A DNA stretch of 64,000 nt, taken from a virus (taxonomy: Duplodnaviria; Caudoviricetes). Position numbers and translations under genes: made by a program. Where the stretch lies: IMG/VR virus record IMGVR_UViG_2728369562_000003, positions 21,712 to 85,711 of that record; one strand, written 5' to 3'. Below are positions 42,902 to 52,115 of the stretch, piece after piece (positions within the stretch are counted from its first letter, which is position 1; each line of letters starts with the position of its first letter). The notes beneath the pieces are model-generated. The model was not told the origin of the DNA. It was given only the letters and a program-made list of their open reading frames with translations, and searched no databases.

Positions 42902-43336
42902 TTGAAAAAAATTCTAGTGTTAGCCTTCATATTGCTTTTGGTTTTAACTTATAATGTAGGGAAAGCTTCAGCGGTTATTGTAAAAGATGAGGAAAAAGTA
43001 AGCTTTACTATGACAAAAAATGAAAAGTGGTTTGAGAAATCTGATGATCTTAATCCAAATAATTGGCGTTCTCATTTTGGATACAGATTCACCATATTTG
43101 AGACAGAAGGTTGCACTGTTAACGCTAAGATTATGCGTATGTCTTTATCAGGTTATGAAATAACAGTTAGCGAGAAAAGTTTTTCTGGTGATCATTTCGA
43201 TTTTAGTGCGACTGATCAAGTTGAAACCATGCCTTGGAAGAGACATTATTTAATTTTAACTAAAGATCCAAGCTGTGGAGAAGTCAAAATCAAAGGATTA
43301 TATGGTTTTCAGTTTTATGACCCAGAAGCGTCGTAA
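42902..43336 (+). CDS. Secreted hypothetical protein
   Basis: GGGAGG RBS with TTG start; signal peptide ending ASA. Confidence 0.75.
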   Translation: MKKILVLAFILLLVLTYNVGKASAVIVKDEEKVSFTMTKNEKWFEKSDDLNPNNWRSHFGYRFTIFETEGCTVNAKIMRMSLSGYEITVSEKSFSGDHFDFSATDQVETMPWKRHYLILTKDPSCGEVKIKGLYGFQFYDPEAS

Positions 43337-43539
43337 AAAGAACTAAATTTTTTATGCAATTTATGGCCAAGCTTAGCCTTGGTCATTTTTATAAATTAAA
43401 TGATTGATTACTATAAGTTATCAAAAAAGAGGTGAGGACGATTGATTAAATCAAATTTAAAGCCCATATTAGGAAAGAAAGATCAGCATCAGGCAGCTAT
43501 CCAGAGAAATTGATCATGAGTATCCGACATGTTATTGAT

Positions 43540-44145
43540 GGTGAACACTTGATAAAGAATTAAAAGCCATGTCTCAGGTTTCAATCGATTAGTGAAATAT
43601 AAAAAAGTAAAACAAAACTTAGTAGGATTTATGAGAGCAACAGAGGTAACAGTAAATCAAAAAGATGGTTCATACAATCAGCATATGCACGTACTATTGG
43701 CAGTGGAAAGTACTTATTTTCGAGAGATAATCAAAATTATTATATTTCACAAGAAGAATGGACAAGTCTTTGGAAAAAAGCAATGAAATTAGATTATACT
43801 CCTGTTGTGAACATCAAGGCGATTAAGCTGAAGAACAAGGAAAAATCAGATATTAAATCTGCCATTAATGAAACGGCTAAGTATCCAGTTAAAGATCGGA
43901 TTATCTGACAGATAATCAAGAGCGAAATTTAGAAATAGTGGCTGATTTAGAACATGGTTTTTATCGGAAATGATTACTGTCCTATGGTGGTTTATTAAAG
44001 GAGCTCCATAAGCAAATGAGTTTAGATGATCCATAGGATGGAGATTTAATACATACAGATGAAGATGAGAAAGAACCTGAAGAAACAGCGTATAGTGTAA
44101 TAGCTTATTGGAATTGGGAGAAACAAAATTATTATAATCAATAAC
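43540..44145 (+). pseudogene. Frameshifted pC194/pUB110-family (Rep_1) rolling-circle replication initiator, C-terminal part
   Basis: GFMRATEVT, HUH motif NQHMHVLL, W..AMKLDYTP, ETAKYPVKD, YGGLLKE spread over several frames. Confidence 0.85.
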
Positions 44146-44278
44146 AAGAAGAGTACCTATCATTATTGAATAATTTGTTAAAATTGTAATAAACGTGTAA
44201 ATTTTTGAAGAAAGAAGGATGTGTACTTTCTTTGTAGAATTATGGGAGGGAGATAAAAATATTATTGGAGGTATTGGA

Positions 44279-45130
44279 ATGAAAAAAGGTGTAATCGGAT
44301 TTGTTTTTGTGATGTTGTTTTTTGTTTTATTAGGTAGTACTAGTGTATCTGCTAAGGAGGATGATTCAGTACCATCAGAAAATGAAACAGCTAACGATGT
44401 ACTTGAAAATTCATTAGAAGCATTAGTGAATTATGATATTGAGACATATGTAGAAAATGCAGAAATAAAGTGGAGCGATTCTAAAAGTGAAACTATAAAA
44501 GAGCTACGTTCATTACAAGAATCTCTTCCTCTTGTAAATTATGAAATTTTAGAGGAAGAAAAAATAAGTGATCATCATTATACCTTTCAAGTTCGTACTT
44601 ATTATGGAGAAGATAGAGAAACTGATATTTTTGAAGAACCGTTTCAAGTAATGGATATTGATGGTAAATGGAAAATATTAATGAGTGAGGAAGGTTTGAG
44701 TTTAGATGAATATGAATTAGTTGAAACAAAGCATGAAGAAGTTGAAACAAAGCATGAACTTGAGGAAAATGAAAATGATTTGATTGGTGAAATTCAATTT
44801 GGAGCGTTGTGTAGAAGTTTTAATGGTGAATTTAAATATAACCTTAGTACTTCTTGGTTTTCTGCATGTAAGTCAACAGGATTGATATTAAATATTACTA
44901 GTCAATCTGTTTCTTCAGGTGGAGCGGTAAGATATGATTTACAAGGAAAATATTCTAATGGTAGTATTAAAACTTTAAATACTAAAACTATTAAAGGAAA
45001 CGTGAAAAATACGCTTTATTCTTTAGGTTATTCGGGAAATAAACCTTCGCAACTACGACTACGTTTTACACATGTACAAGGATTTAATGCGAGTTATCCG
45101 GCAACTGTTAAAGGTCAACTTTATTTTTAA
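44279..45130 (+). CDS. Secreted protein with acidic NTF2-like N-domain and basic C-domain
   Basis: GGAGG RBS, signal peptide ending VSA, DGKWKI motif, VETKHE duplication. Confidence 0.8.
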   Translation: MKKGVIGFVFVMLFFVLLGSTSVSAKEDDSVPSENETANDVLENSLEALVNYDIETYVENAEIKWSDSKSETIKELRSLQESLPLVNYEILEEEKISDHHYTFQVRTYYGEDRETDIFEEPFQVMDIDGKWKILMSEEGLSLDEYELVETKHEEVETKHELEENENDLIGEIQFGALCRSFNGEFKYNLSTSWFSACKSTGLILNITSQSVSSGGAVRYDLQGKYSNGSIKTLNTKTIKGNVKNTLYSLGYSGNKPSQLRLRFTHVQGFNASYPATVKGQLYF

Positions 45131-45202
45131 AATGTACAAAACGCATCCATGAAGTGTATATACATTGATATATTAGAAGTATCAAATAAAGAGGTGATAC
45201 TT

Positions 45203-45378
45203 ATGAGTAAACCAAAATCAATGTGCGGTTAGATGATATTCATGTTGCAGTAATGGATGTAGCAGTTGAAAAATTAAAGGAAAATGGTGCGAAAACTAAC
45301 AAAACAGATGTGATTCAAAAAGCACTTCATAATTTTGGTGATGAGGTTTTAAGTAATGATGAAATGAAAGCTATTTGA
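45203..45378 (+). pseudogene. Frameshifted ribbon-helix-helix (CopG-like) regulator
   Basis: GAGGTG RBS; MSKPK / INVRLDD...NKTDVIQKAL in shifted frames. Confidence 0.5.
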
Positions 45379-45438
45379 TATTGACTGGATAGATTAACGA
45401 TATTTCAAAAAGTAGAGCCACACTCAAGGAGTGTGGCT

Positions 45439-45537
45439 CTATTCTGTCATGTTCCGGTTGTGTTTTGCCCAAAGCGTTAAGGTGAATAGGCTGATGGTGA
45501 TGAATACAAGAGAAGTCAATTTAGTAGCTGTGACCAT
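45439..45537 (-). CDS. 32-aa hydrophobic peptide (type I toxin-like)
   Basis: GAGGTG RBS; MVTATKLTSLVFITISLFTLTLWAKHNRNMTE; ends in perfect hairpin 45413-45441. Confidence 0.5.
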   Translation of the reverse strand: MVTATKLTSLVFITISLFTLTLWAKHNRNMTE

Positions 45538-45973
45538 ATTTACACCTCACTTTTGTGTGATCGATAGTATAACCCTTTTTTATTTGGAGAAAAAAAGATT
45601 CCATCCATTTTGGGTGTTAGTCCGTTTATGGTTTATAGGAAGTATTTGCGTATTTGTCAATGTCTTGTAGTGGTAGCGGAACGAAGTGAGCATAAGGAAC
45701 GGAAAGGCGTTGACAAATTGCACTAGCCCCGAACCCTCTTGGTCAGAAGGCTATACAGAGATGAAATGGAGCGGTATCCAAGAGAGCTGTTAGATAAAGT
45801 CTGTACATATCTAAACATCGAGCTGCATGATTTATTGATTTTCCAAAAAAATCATAATCATATCGATCACTCAGGATGAAAATGGTATACTAAAGTTATA
45901 AGGTTAGGAAAGAATTACAAGTTTTCTAGGTCTACATAAAATCGTACTTTTATAGGGAATAGGAGAGGTTATA

Positions 45974-46210
45974 ATGCAAAATACAGTAAAAGTAACTTTC
46001 AATGTAAACGGTGTAGAAATCAAAACAGATGCGGGTGTACCACAAATGCCTAATGGCATTAATGCAGATAATATGATTGTTTTACATGCTAAAAGCAATT
46101 TGAAGAAAAATCTTGGAATTGATATTTATGAGGTTATGAATGCAGAACACTATGATGACATTGAACATCTCGTAACTATTGACAAATCAGGCTATACTCA
46201 AGGTGTTTAA
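45974..46210 (+). CDS. Hypothetical protein
   Basis: 78 aa, flanked exactly by palindromic sites at 45936 and 46211. Confidence 0.75.
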   Translation: MQNTVKVTFNVNGVEIKTDAGVPQMPNGINADNMIVLHAKSNLKKNLGIDIYEVMNAEHYDDIEHLVTIDKSGYTQGV

Positions 46211-46247
46211 ATAAAATCATTCTTTTATTCAGAAATGAGGATTAACG

Positions 46248-47297
46248 TTGTTGAATATATTTTTAGATACACAAGTATATCATTCAAAGAATTTTAACTT
46301 CCAAGATAAAGATTTTTTAAGAATGGAAAAATTTATAGATGATGAAATGATTAAATTATACACCACGCCTATAACTAAAAATGAAATTGAGAATCACATA
46401 AAACAAAAGATTGAAGATTCGAGAGAATATATAAACACCTTTAAGGAAAATGCGAAAATCTTATTAAATTATGACCTGTATAGACCTATTTGGGATCGCA
46501 AAACAATAAAACAAGCAGAAATCAAACTTTTGGAAGATTTTCATAACTTTTTAATAGAAAACAATGTGGAAGAGATACCTATAAGCGGTGATGCAACAAA
46601 ACAAATTTTTCAAAATTATTTTGAAGGTGAGGCACCTTTCAGCTCTAAAAAGAAAGACGAGTTTCCTGACGCATTCGCGCTATACTCTTTACTAAATTGG
46701 GCTGAAAATAATGAAGAAATAATACATGTAGTAAGCGGGGATAATGACTTAAAAAATTTTTGTGAAAGCAAAGAGAATATATTACATATAGAATCATTAG
46801 AAAATGCTCTTGATATTATTAATCAACATGACGAAGTGAGATATCGATTTGCTCAAAGACTTTATGATGATCAGCTAGCCGAATTTGTAGAATATATTAA
46901 CGATTCAATTAGGGATGGAAGTGCAGAATTAAACATAGACGCTTACGATGTTTTAGATGTTGAACTTAAGGAGTTTTTTGTCGAAGGAGAAGACGATCTT
47001 TCTGCAGATCCTTTATTTCTTGATTTAGAAGAAAACAGACTTACAATTGCTCTTAATGTTGTGTTTAATATTCATATAATAACTAGTGTGATTGATCCTA
47101 CTAGGTCACCATACGATTCGGAGGAAGGTAAGTACTTATATGTTGAGTATGAAGAAAATGAGTATATGGATGTGATACGAATACCTGTAGAACTAGAATT
47201 AGACGTTGAGGACTATGAAAATCAATATTATACAATTGAGTCGATCACAATAAATAATGGACAGGTTTATTATTATACCATCCTTGAGGACTGTTAA
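46248..47297 (+). CDS. PIN-domain protein (DUF4935/PIN_12-like)
   Basis: IFLDTQ, E, KKDEFPDAF, VSGDND acidic active-site pattern. Confidence 0.85.
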   Translation: MLNIFLDTQVYHSKNFNFQDKDFLRMEKFIDDEMIKLYTTPITKNEIENHIKQKIEDSREYINTFKENAKILLNYDLYRPIWDRKTIKQAEIKLLEDFHNFLIENNVEEIPISGDATKQIFQNYFEGEAPFSSKKKDEFPDAFALYSLLNWAENNEEIIHVVSGDNDLKNFCESKENILHIESLENALDIINQHDEVRYRFAQRLYDDQLAEFVEYINDSIRDGSAELNIDAYDVLDVELKEFFVEGEDDLSADPLFLDLEENRLTIALNVVFNIHIITSVIDPTRSPYDSEEGKYLYVEYEENEYMDVIRIPVELELDVEDYENQYYTIESITINNGQVYYYTILEDC

Positions 47298-47345
47298 TAA
47301 AACTACGATTTTAAAGGGAAATGTGAAACAAGCGGAGGTGCTGAT

Positions 47346-47741
47346 TTGAGCCTCAATCAAAAAGCGTTAAACAGTTATGTTTATACTCTAGCGTTTTCAA
47401 GTTTGTCATTTGGTCTAATCTTTGGTCTGTATCTGTTTGTTTACTCTGGTTTTATGGCAATAGCATTAGTCACAATTGCCATCATTGCATTTTACGCTTT
47501 AATCACTTACTTGGTGTTTGCCGTCCCTTTGCAAGTGTTGTTAAGAAGAAGGGTCAGAAAGTTTAATTTTCTTAATCTTATTATTTACATCGTAATAGCT
47601 TTTGTAGCTGCGTTATCGTTCTTTGTTGTGACTAATCCAACAAGTGCTCTTGCTGTGCTAAAAAGCTTAAATTATTACATTATGAGCATTGTTGCAGCTT
47701 TCATTTATTGGTTCTGGGATTCTATATTTTTACGGAATTGA
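47346..47741 (+). CDS. yopD: YopD, UPF0715 membrane protein
   Basis: Four TM helices, C-terminal YWFWDS. Confidence 0.8.
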   Translation: MSLNQKALNSYVYTLAFSSLSFGLIFGLYLFVYSGFMAIALVTIAIIAFYALITYLVFAVPLQVLLRRRVRKFNFLNLIIYIVIAFVAALSFFVVTNPTSALAVLKSLNYYIMSIVAAFIYWFWDSIFLRN

Positions 47742-47796
47742 GAGCATAAAGAATCAAGATAAAAGAAGTGTTTTATTCGAAAGGCGGCGAAAGTCT

Positions 47797-48021
47797 ATGA
47801 TAAAGGCTTATACAATCGGACATGAAATCCCCGATAAGGTTAAATCCTGTATTGATGATTGGAACTATTGGACTTGGATTACTGTTGCAAACAATTCAAT
47901 TGCAAACAAAGATGCAAAACGTTTAATTGAATTGATTGAGCCGGAAACAGATAAAATTGCTGTATACAAAGCTGAAAATGATATTAATGTATTTGTGAGT
48001 TATATGATTCCTGTAAGGTAG
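47797..48021 (+). CDS. Hypothetical protein
   Basis: AAGGCGG RBS, MIKAYTIG... Confidence 0.6.
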   Translation: MIKAYTIGHEIPDKVKSCIDDWNYWTWITVANNSIANKDAKRLIELIEPETDKIAVYKAENDINVFVSYMIPVR

Positions 48022-48048
48022 TAGTTCACAAAATAAAAGAGCATTAAT

Positions 48049-48228
48049 CTAAATGCTCTTTTTCATACCGCAACGCCGGCATTCACGTAAGAATATTCCA
48101 CTCTTCACAGAGCTTTTGAACAAAGTGTAATCGCAATTGTCGCAGCGACCGTATTTTACATCAGGATACTCTTTATAATCATAAACGATTGAAGTATCAT
48201 ATCCGTTTGTTTCGTATTTCTCTTCCAC
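48049..48228 (-). CDS. yoyH: YoyH-like Zn-ribbon protein (59 aa)
   Basis: AGGTG RBS with GTG start; CDNC...CRRC. Confidence 0.7.
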   Translation of the reverse strand: MEEKYETNGYDTSIVYDYKEYPDVKYGRCDNCDYTLFKSSVKSGIFLRECRRCGMKKSI

Positions 48229-48298
48229 AAGATCACCTACATAATTTATTCAACATACTCAAGAATACCAAATTTCGTTCGATATAGGGAGGGAACAA

Positions 48299-48550
48299 AT
48301 GATTGGTTTAGCTTATTTTTTAATTATCTGGCTTGGAGTTGGATTATTTACCGGCATTAAGTTTATTTTTGTTGATCAGGTCTATGATGAAGAGTTTAAA
48401 GAACTCATGGATAAAGAAACAACAGCAGGCATGGAAAGAAATTTGGCCAGCCTCTTTTTCAAAAATAAGCTTAATGTGATTACTTTTTTCATGTTAATTG
48501 GTTTACTGCCATTAGCAATGAGGATTACAAAATTATTTAAAAGAGGTTGA
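48299..48550 (+). CDS. yopE: YopE membrane protein
   Basis: Recalled similarity, synteny. Confidence 0.8.
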   Translation: MIGLAYFLIIWLGVGLFTGIKFIFVDQVYDEEFKELMDKETTAGMERNLASLFFKNKLNVITFFMLIGLLPLAMRITKLFKRG

Positions 48551-48553
48551 TTT

Positions 48554-48769
48554 ATGCCTTTGCTTGATTATTTTTATGTACTGCAGTTAGAAAACAAGGA
48601 ATACTTCAAATCATTTAAGTTAGATGAGGACGGTTATTTGACATCTAGCGACCTCCACGGGGCTTCTAAATTGCAAACAATGTATGAAGTCATTGAGGTA
48701 GCTAGTGAGCTCAAAACAAAGTGTAATGTCCAGTGTGAGGTAAGAGAAATTCAAGTCGTAAAGCGTTAG
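48554..48769 (+). CDS. yopF: YopF
   Basis: Recalled similarity, synteny. Confidence 0.8.
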   Translation: MPLLDYFYVLQLENKEYFKSFKLDEDGYLTSSDLHGASKLQTMYEVIEVASELKTKCNVQCEVREIQVVKR

Positions 48770-48779
48770 GAGTGTTCAA

Positions 48780-48911
48780 GTGTATTGGATTGAGTGGATT
48801 GAGGATGGAGAAATGAAAAGCATTGTTGCAGAAGGTTGGATTGAATGGACTGCCATACTTGAAGACTTGTATCAGAAGCGATTTGAATATGTTGAGTGGA
48901 AGCGGCTTTGA
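48780..48911 (+). CDS. yopG: YopG (43 aa, MYWIEWIEDG...)
   Basis: AGGAG RBS with GTG start; synteny. Confidence 0.75.
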   Translation: MYWIEWIEDGEMKSIVAEGWIEWTAILEDLYQKRFEYVEWKRL

Positions 48912-48927
48912 AAAGGGGTGAAATGCC

Positions 48928-49224
48928 ATTAAAAATTTAGTTTTATTGTCCAGCTTTTTAGGGATTGTGCTATCAATTATAGGGCAATTATTTGGAGTCC
49001 TAACAGATTTCTTTATTCCAGGTATTGCTCGTCTTATGGGGGTTTTAGCTGGACTCCTAGTATTACTTTGCTTGAAGTCAAGAAACACAGAAATGCAGAC
49101 ATTTATTGTGAGCTCAAGTACTGCATTAGGAATAATAGGTGCAGGAATTTTATATCTTCCAGCAGCTATTGTCAATGTCTTAATTGGCTTCAAACTAAAC
49201 AAAAAGATGAGAGAGGAACACTAA
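48928..49224 (+). CDS. Small multi-TM membrane protein, probable ATT start
   Basis: AGGGGTG 7 nt upstream of in-frame ATT at 48928. Confidence 0.65.
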   Translation: MKNLVLLSSFLGIVLSIIGQLFGVLTDFFIPGIARLMGVLAGLLVLLCLKSRNTEMQTFIVSSSTALGIIGAGILYLPAAIVNVLIGFKLNKKMREEH

Positions 49225-49252
49225 TAGAGCGGATCTGAGAGGAACATGTAAA

Positions 49253-50047
49253 ATGAAAGTAAATCAAACTTCAACTTCTTATCAAAAAGATACTGATTCA
49301 TTTAGAGAATTTATTAATTATAATATAAACTCGATTAAGAGGACATTAATTGAAACAGAGCAATTATTAAACAAAGTAGGTTTTTTGAAGCTTCTTATGC
49401 TTTTTTCTGTATCATTATTATGGATCACCTATGTAATTTATTTTGAGCATGTTGGCAATTTTATACTGAGAATATCTCAAGGGAATATCTTAATAGCAAA
49501 TTTGGTGTTGCCTGTATTTCAAACGTTTCCCTTGCTTCTAGGTTTTATCTATGTTTTTAAAGGCAATTACCGCGCATTGTTCTTTAAAGTGAAATTTTCA
49601 AGAATATTGATTTATATTATTTTGGGAGTATTAACGGAGATTATATTTTCGGTTAACATTGGCCTCTTACTAAAAGGAATAAAGCCTAGTGCAAATCCTG
49701 CAGTAGAGGATCCAATCGGTATTACTATTTATAGTTTATCGATTAGTCTTATAGCAGAGCAAATTCTGTTCTTTTCTGTGTATTACTTTTTCTTATTATT
49801 GTTTTTAAAACTGAAACTTAGCAATAAAATTGTCGTATTTATATCTTTAATTCCAGCCATTTTAATTTTTGGTCTAGCGCATTTGTCAGTATATAACGGT
49901 AATATTCTTCAGTGCGTTTTCTTAATTGGCTTACCTTTTACATTAATGCAAGTTTTTTTGTTTTTCCGGTCAGGGAACTTTTTTATTGGATACATAGTCC
50001 ATTTGTCGTTTGATATTACTATACTATTAATCGCTAAATTAACGTAG
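49253..50047 (+). CDS. CPBP/CAAX (Abi) family intramembrane protease-like protein
   Basis: AEQILF (degenerate EE motif), FGLAH, H...D motifs; multi-TM. Confidence 0.75.
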   Translation: MKVNQTSTSYQKDTDSFREFINYNINSIKRTLIETEQLLNKVGFLKLLMLFSVSLLWITYVIYFEHVGNFILRISQGNILIANLVLPVFQTFPLLLGFIYVFKGNYRALFFKVKFSRILIYIILGVLTEIIFSVNIGLLLKGIKPSANPAVEDPIGITIYSLSISLIAEQILFFSVYYFFLLLFLKLKLSNKIVVFISLIPAILIFGLAHLSVYNGNILQCVFLIGLPFTLMQVFLFFRSGNFFIGYIVHLSFDITILLIAKLT

Positions 50048-50115
50048 TTGTCATAATGGTAAGCTATAGTGTTTATTGTACTACGTTTTAAAAATTAAAA
50101 ATGAAGGTGAAAAGA

Positions 50116-50658
50116 ATGAGCAATAACAAAGATAGAGCTATTGAAAAAATTCTTTCTTTTATTGAATCAGATGAAAAAGTTGCTTTAATGACTGGAACAA
50201 ACATGTTTAAAAAACATGAACTCGTGTTTAAAACAATAACTGAAAATTTTGTTGGATCAAGAATTTTACTTAGAACTAGCAGTTTAGATAATGCTAAGGT
50301 GTTTATGAAGGCAACTGGAACCTTAAAAACAGGAGTCCCTTATAATTTAAACGGAAGTACAGTTTATATTGACACTGTTACTAGAAGCACATGGGATAGG
50401 ACTCCAAATGATTTGGATTTTGCAATTATTTACCCTCTTATGCCTCTGACAAAACAGAAGCTTAGAGAAGAGTTATTAAAGGATATTACTTTCTTCAAAA
50501 ATATTAAAAAAATTTTATTAGTGAGTTCGCAAGATACATTTGATATGTCTTGGGCAGAGGATTTCATCAAAACAAAGATCATTTATGATGTGTTGGAAGA
50601 AGATCCTGATTATCATTATAGAGTCTTAGAAGATTTAAAAAGGTATAATTTAAAATAG
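50116..50658 (+). CDS. Hypothetical protein, degenerate P-loop-like fold
   Basis: ORF with LMTGT..KK; operon with downstream gene. Confidence 0.7.
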   Translation: MSNNKDRAIEKILSFIESDEKVALMTGTNMFKKHELVFKTITENFVGSRILLRTSSLDNAKVFMKATGTLKTGVPYNLNGSTVYIDTVTRSTWDRTPNDLDFAIIYPLMPLTKQKLREELLKDITFFKNIKKILLVSSQDTFDMSWAEDFIKTKIIYDVLEEDPDYHYRVLEDLKRYNLK

Positions 50659-50674
50659 CAGAAGAGGTTAAAAA

Positions 50675-51337
50675 ATGATTGAAAAAATGTTGCATGATAA
50701 TTTACGTATTTGTTTTCCAAACAAAAGAATTTTTATTTCAAGAGACCATAATTTCGCTTTTGCAGCTTGGGAAATAGGAAGATTAAGGGGATACATACAA
50801 CCTGGGGCATCCCTAATTCATATTGATTCGCATTTAGATTACTGTGACAACCCAATAGATGTTTCGAATATAAAAGAGGAAAGCCAGGCAGTTGAAATCG
50901 CTAACCAATTAGATATTGTAGAATTTATAATACCAGCACAAAAAAATGGCACATTAAAAGGTTGTTTTACAATTAGCGATGATACCGTATATATTGAACA
51001 ATCTGAAATTTTTCGACGAGCATATACATACAATCATTATGAACAAGTTTTGAGAGAAAATTGGTACCAGGAAACAGAAGGTACAAGTTTGATTCTTGAT
51101 TTGGACTTAGATTATTTTAATAAAAACTACTCAGATTATAACTCAAATGCTTTGTTATTACCTGAAGAAACCATAAGGACTCAATTATTAAACATGAAAG
51201 AGAAAATGTGGAATTGGGACATGATAACTGTAGCTTTATCACCAGAATTTTGCGGTGGTGAAAAGGAGTGTGAATATTTATTAAACCTCTTTTTAGACGT
51301 GTTCGATTTACAACTTGAAAATGGAGAGCTATGGTGA
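50675..51337 (+). CDS. UPF0489 family (arginase/deacetylase-like metal-binding) protein
   Basis: DHN, HIDSHLD, LDLDLDYF, ITVALSPEFC motifs. Confidence 0.8.
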   Translation: MIEKMLHDNLRICFPNKRIFISRDHNFAFAAWEIGRLRGYIQPGASLIHIDSHLDYCDNPIDVSNIKEESQAVEIANQLDIVEFIIPAQKNGTLKGCFTISDDTVYIEQSEIFRRAYTYNHYEQVLRENWYQETEGTSLILDLDLDYFNKNYSDYNSNALLLPEETIRTQLLNMKEKMWNWDMITVALSPEFCGGEKECEYLLNLFLDVFDLQLENGELW

Positions 51338-51688
51338 AAATCAAATAAAAATTGTTTTATTCTGATAGTGTAAGTGGAAAGGGTGTTCTCTTTGGATCTC
51401 ATGTGGATAGGAATTGGCTTGGCTGCCTTAGCTATTTTATTAACGATGGTTTGAAAAACTTCAAAAATCCAAAAGGAAGTTATTTAGACTATCCAACTTT
51501 AATTAAGGAGTCTGATTTGCATTATCACCTTGGTTTAAGTAAAGCGAAGGTTAAAGAGTTGCTAGAAATTCCCTGGTGCTCCAAAGGGAGAATTAAAAGG
51601 AACAGTCTATTATCCTTATCAGCAATTTATACAGTGGATATCATCGCTTGATTATACTAATAGTTGAATATTTAAGGAGAATTATAAT

Positions 51689-51970
51689 ATGACTACAGAT
51701 CATTTAACAAAAGAGCGCCTTAAGAATCTGGAAAAAGAAAACGAGGCATTTAAGACTCTTTTGCTTGAATTTATTGGGTACGAAGACGAATGGTTGCTGA
51801 CTAAACCAGGGTTAAAAAAGAATTATAAAAAAGACTATTTAATTGAACATATTCAATACCAAAGAAAGCTTATAATGGAGCTTTACAACAAGTTAGATGA
51901 TAAAGCGCAAGAAGAACTTAAAATAAAGGTAGAGAGCTGTATTTGGCCAATTATGCACAATGAGGATTAA
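51689..51970 (+). CDS. Hypothetical protein
   Basis: 93 aa ORF with RBS. Confidence 0.65.
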   Translation: MTTDHLTKERLKNLEKENEAFKTLLLEFIGYEDEWLLTKPGLKKNYKKDYLIEHIQYQRKLIMELYNKLDDKAQEELKIKVESCIWPIMHNED

Positions 51971-52021
51971 CCCTCATTGTGTCTCGATAAAATAAGAAGT
52001 TCATTGATTTAACAACAAATA

Positions 52022-52073
52022 AAGAATAAAAATAAAATATATACTTGAAATTCTGACAACTATGAGGTATATT
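52022..52073 (+). promoter_or_regulatory. SPbeta repeated element plus aimR sigma-A promoter
   Basis: AAGAATAAAAATAAAATA, TTGAAA-17-TATATT. Confidence 0.7.
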
Positions 52074-52115
52074 ATTAACAAGGGAAGTGATAAGTGAATA
52101 AAGGGGGGAGACAAG

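Larger units (their letters stand above)
43529..45740. mobile_element. Rolling-circle plasmid-derived insertion
   Basis: Decayed Rep, cargo gene, RHH remnant and hairpin-rich end, all between the yopB halves. Confidence 0.75.
43442..45879 (+). pseudogene. yopB: yopB-like XRE HTH regulator split by a ~2.2 kb insertion
   Basis: 5' half MIKSNLKPIL..RKISIRQLSREIDHEYPT (43442-43528, also frameshifted); 3' half [28 protein letters not shown]...HIDHSG* (45741-45879). Confidence 0.8.

Noticed and set aside
45431-45670. 79-aa plus-strand ORF in the plasmid insert
   Set aside because: Starts inside a terminator hairpin and overlaps a better-supported antisense peptide.
51352-51651. 99-aa ORF
   Set aside because: No convincing RBS or start; probably a gene remnant.
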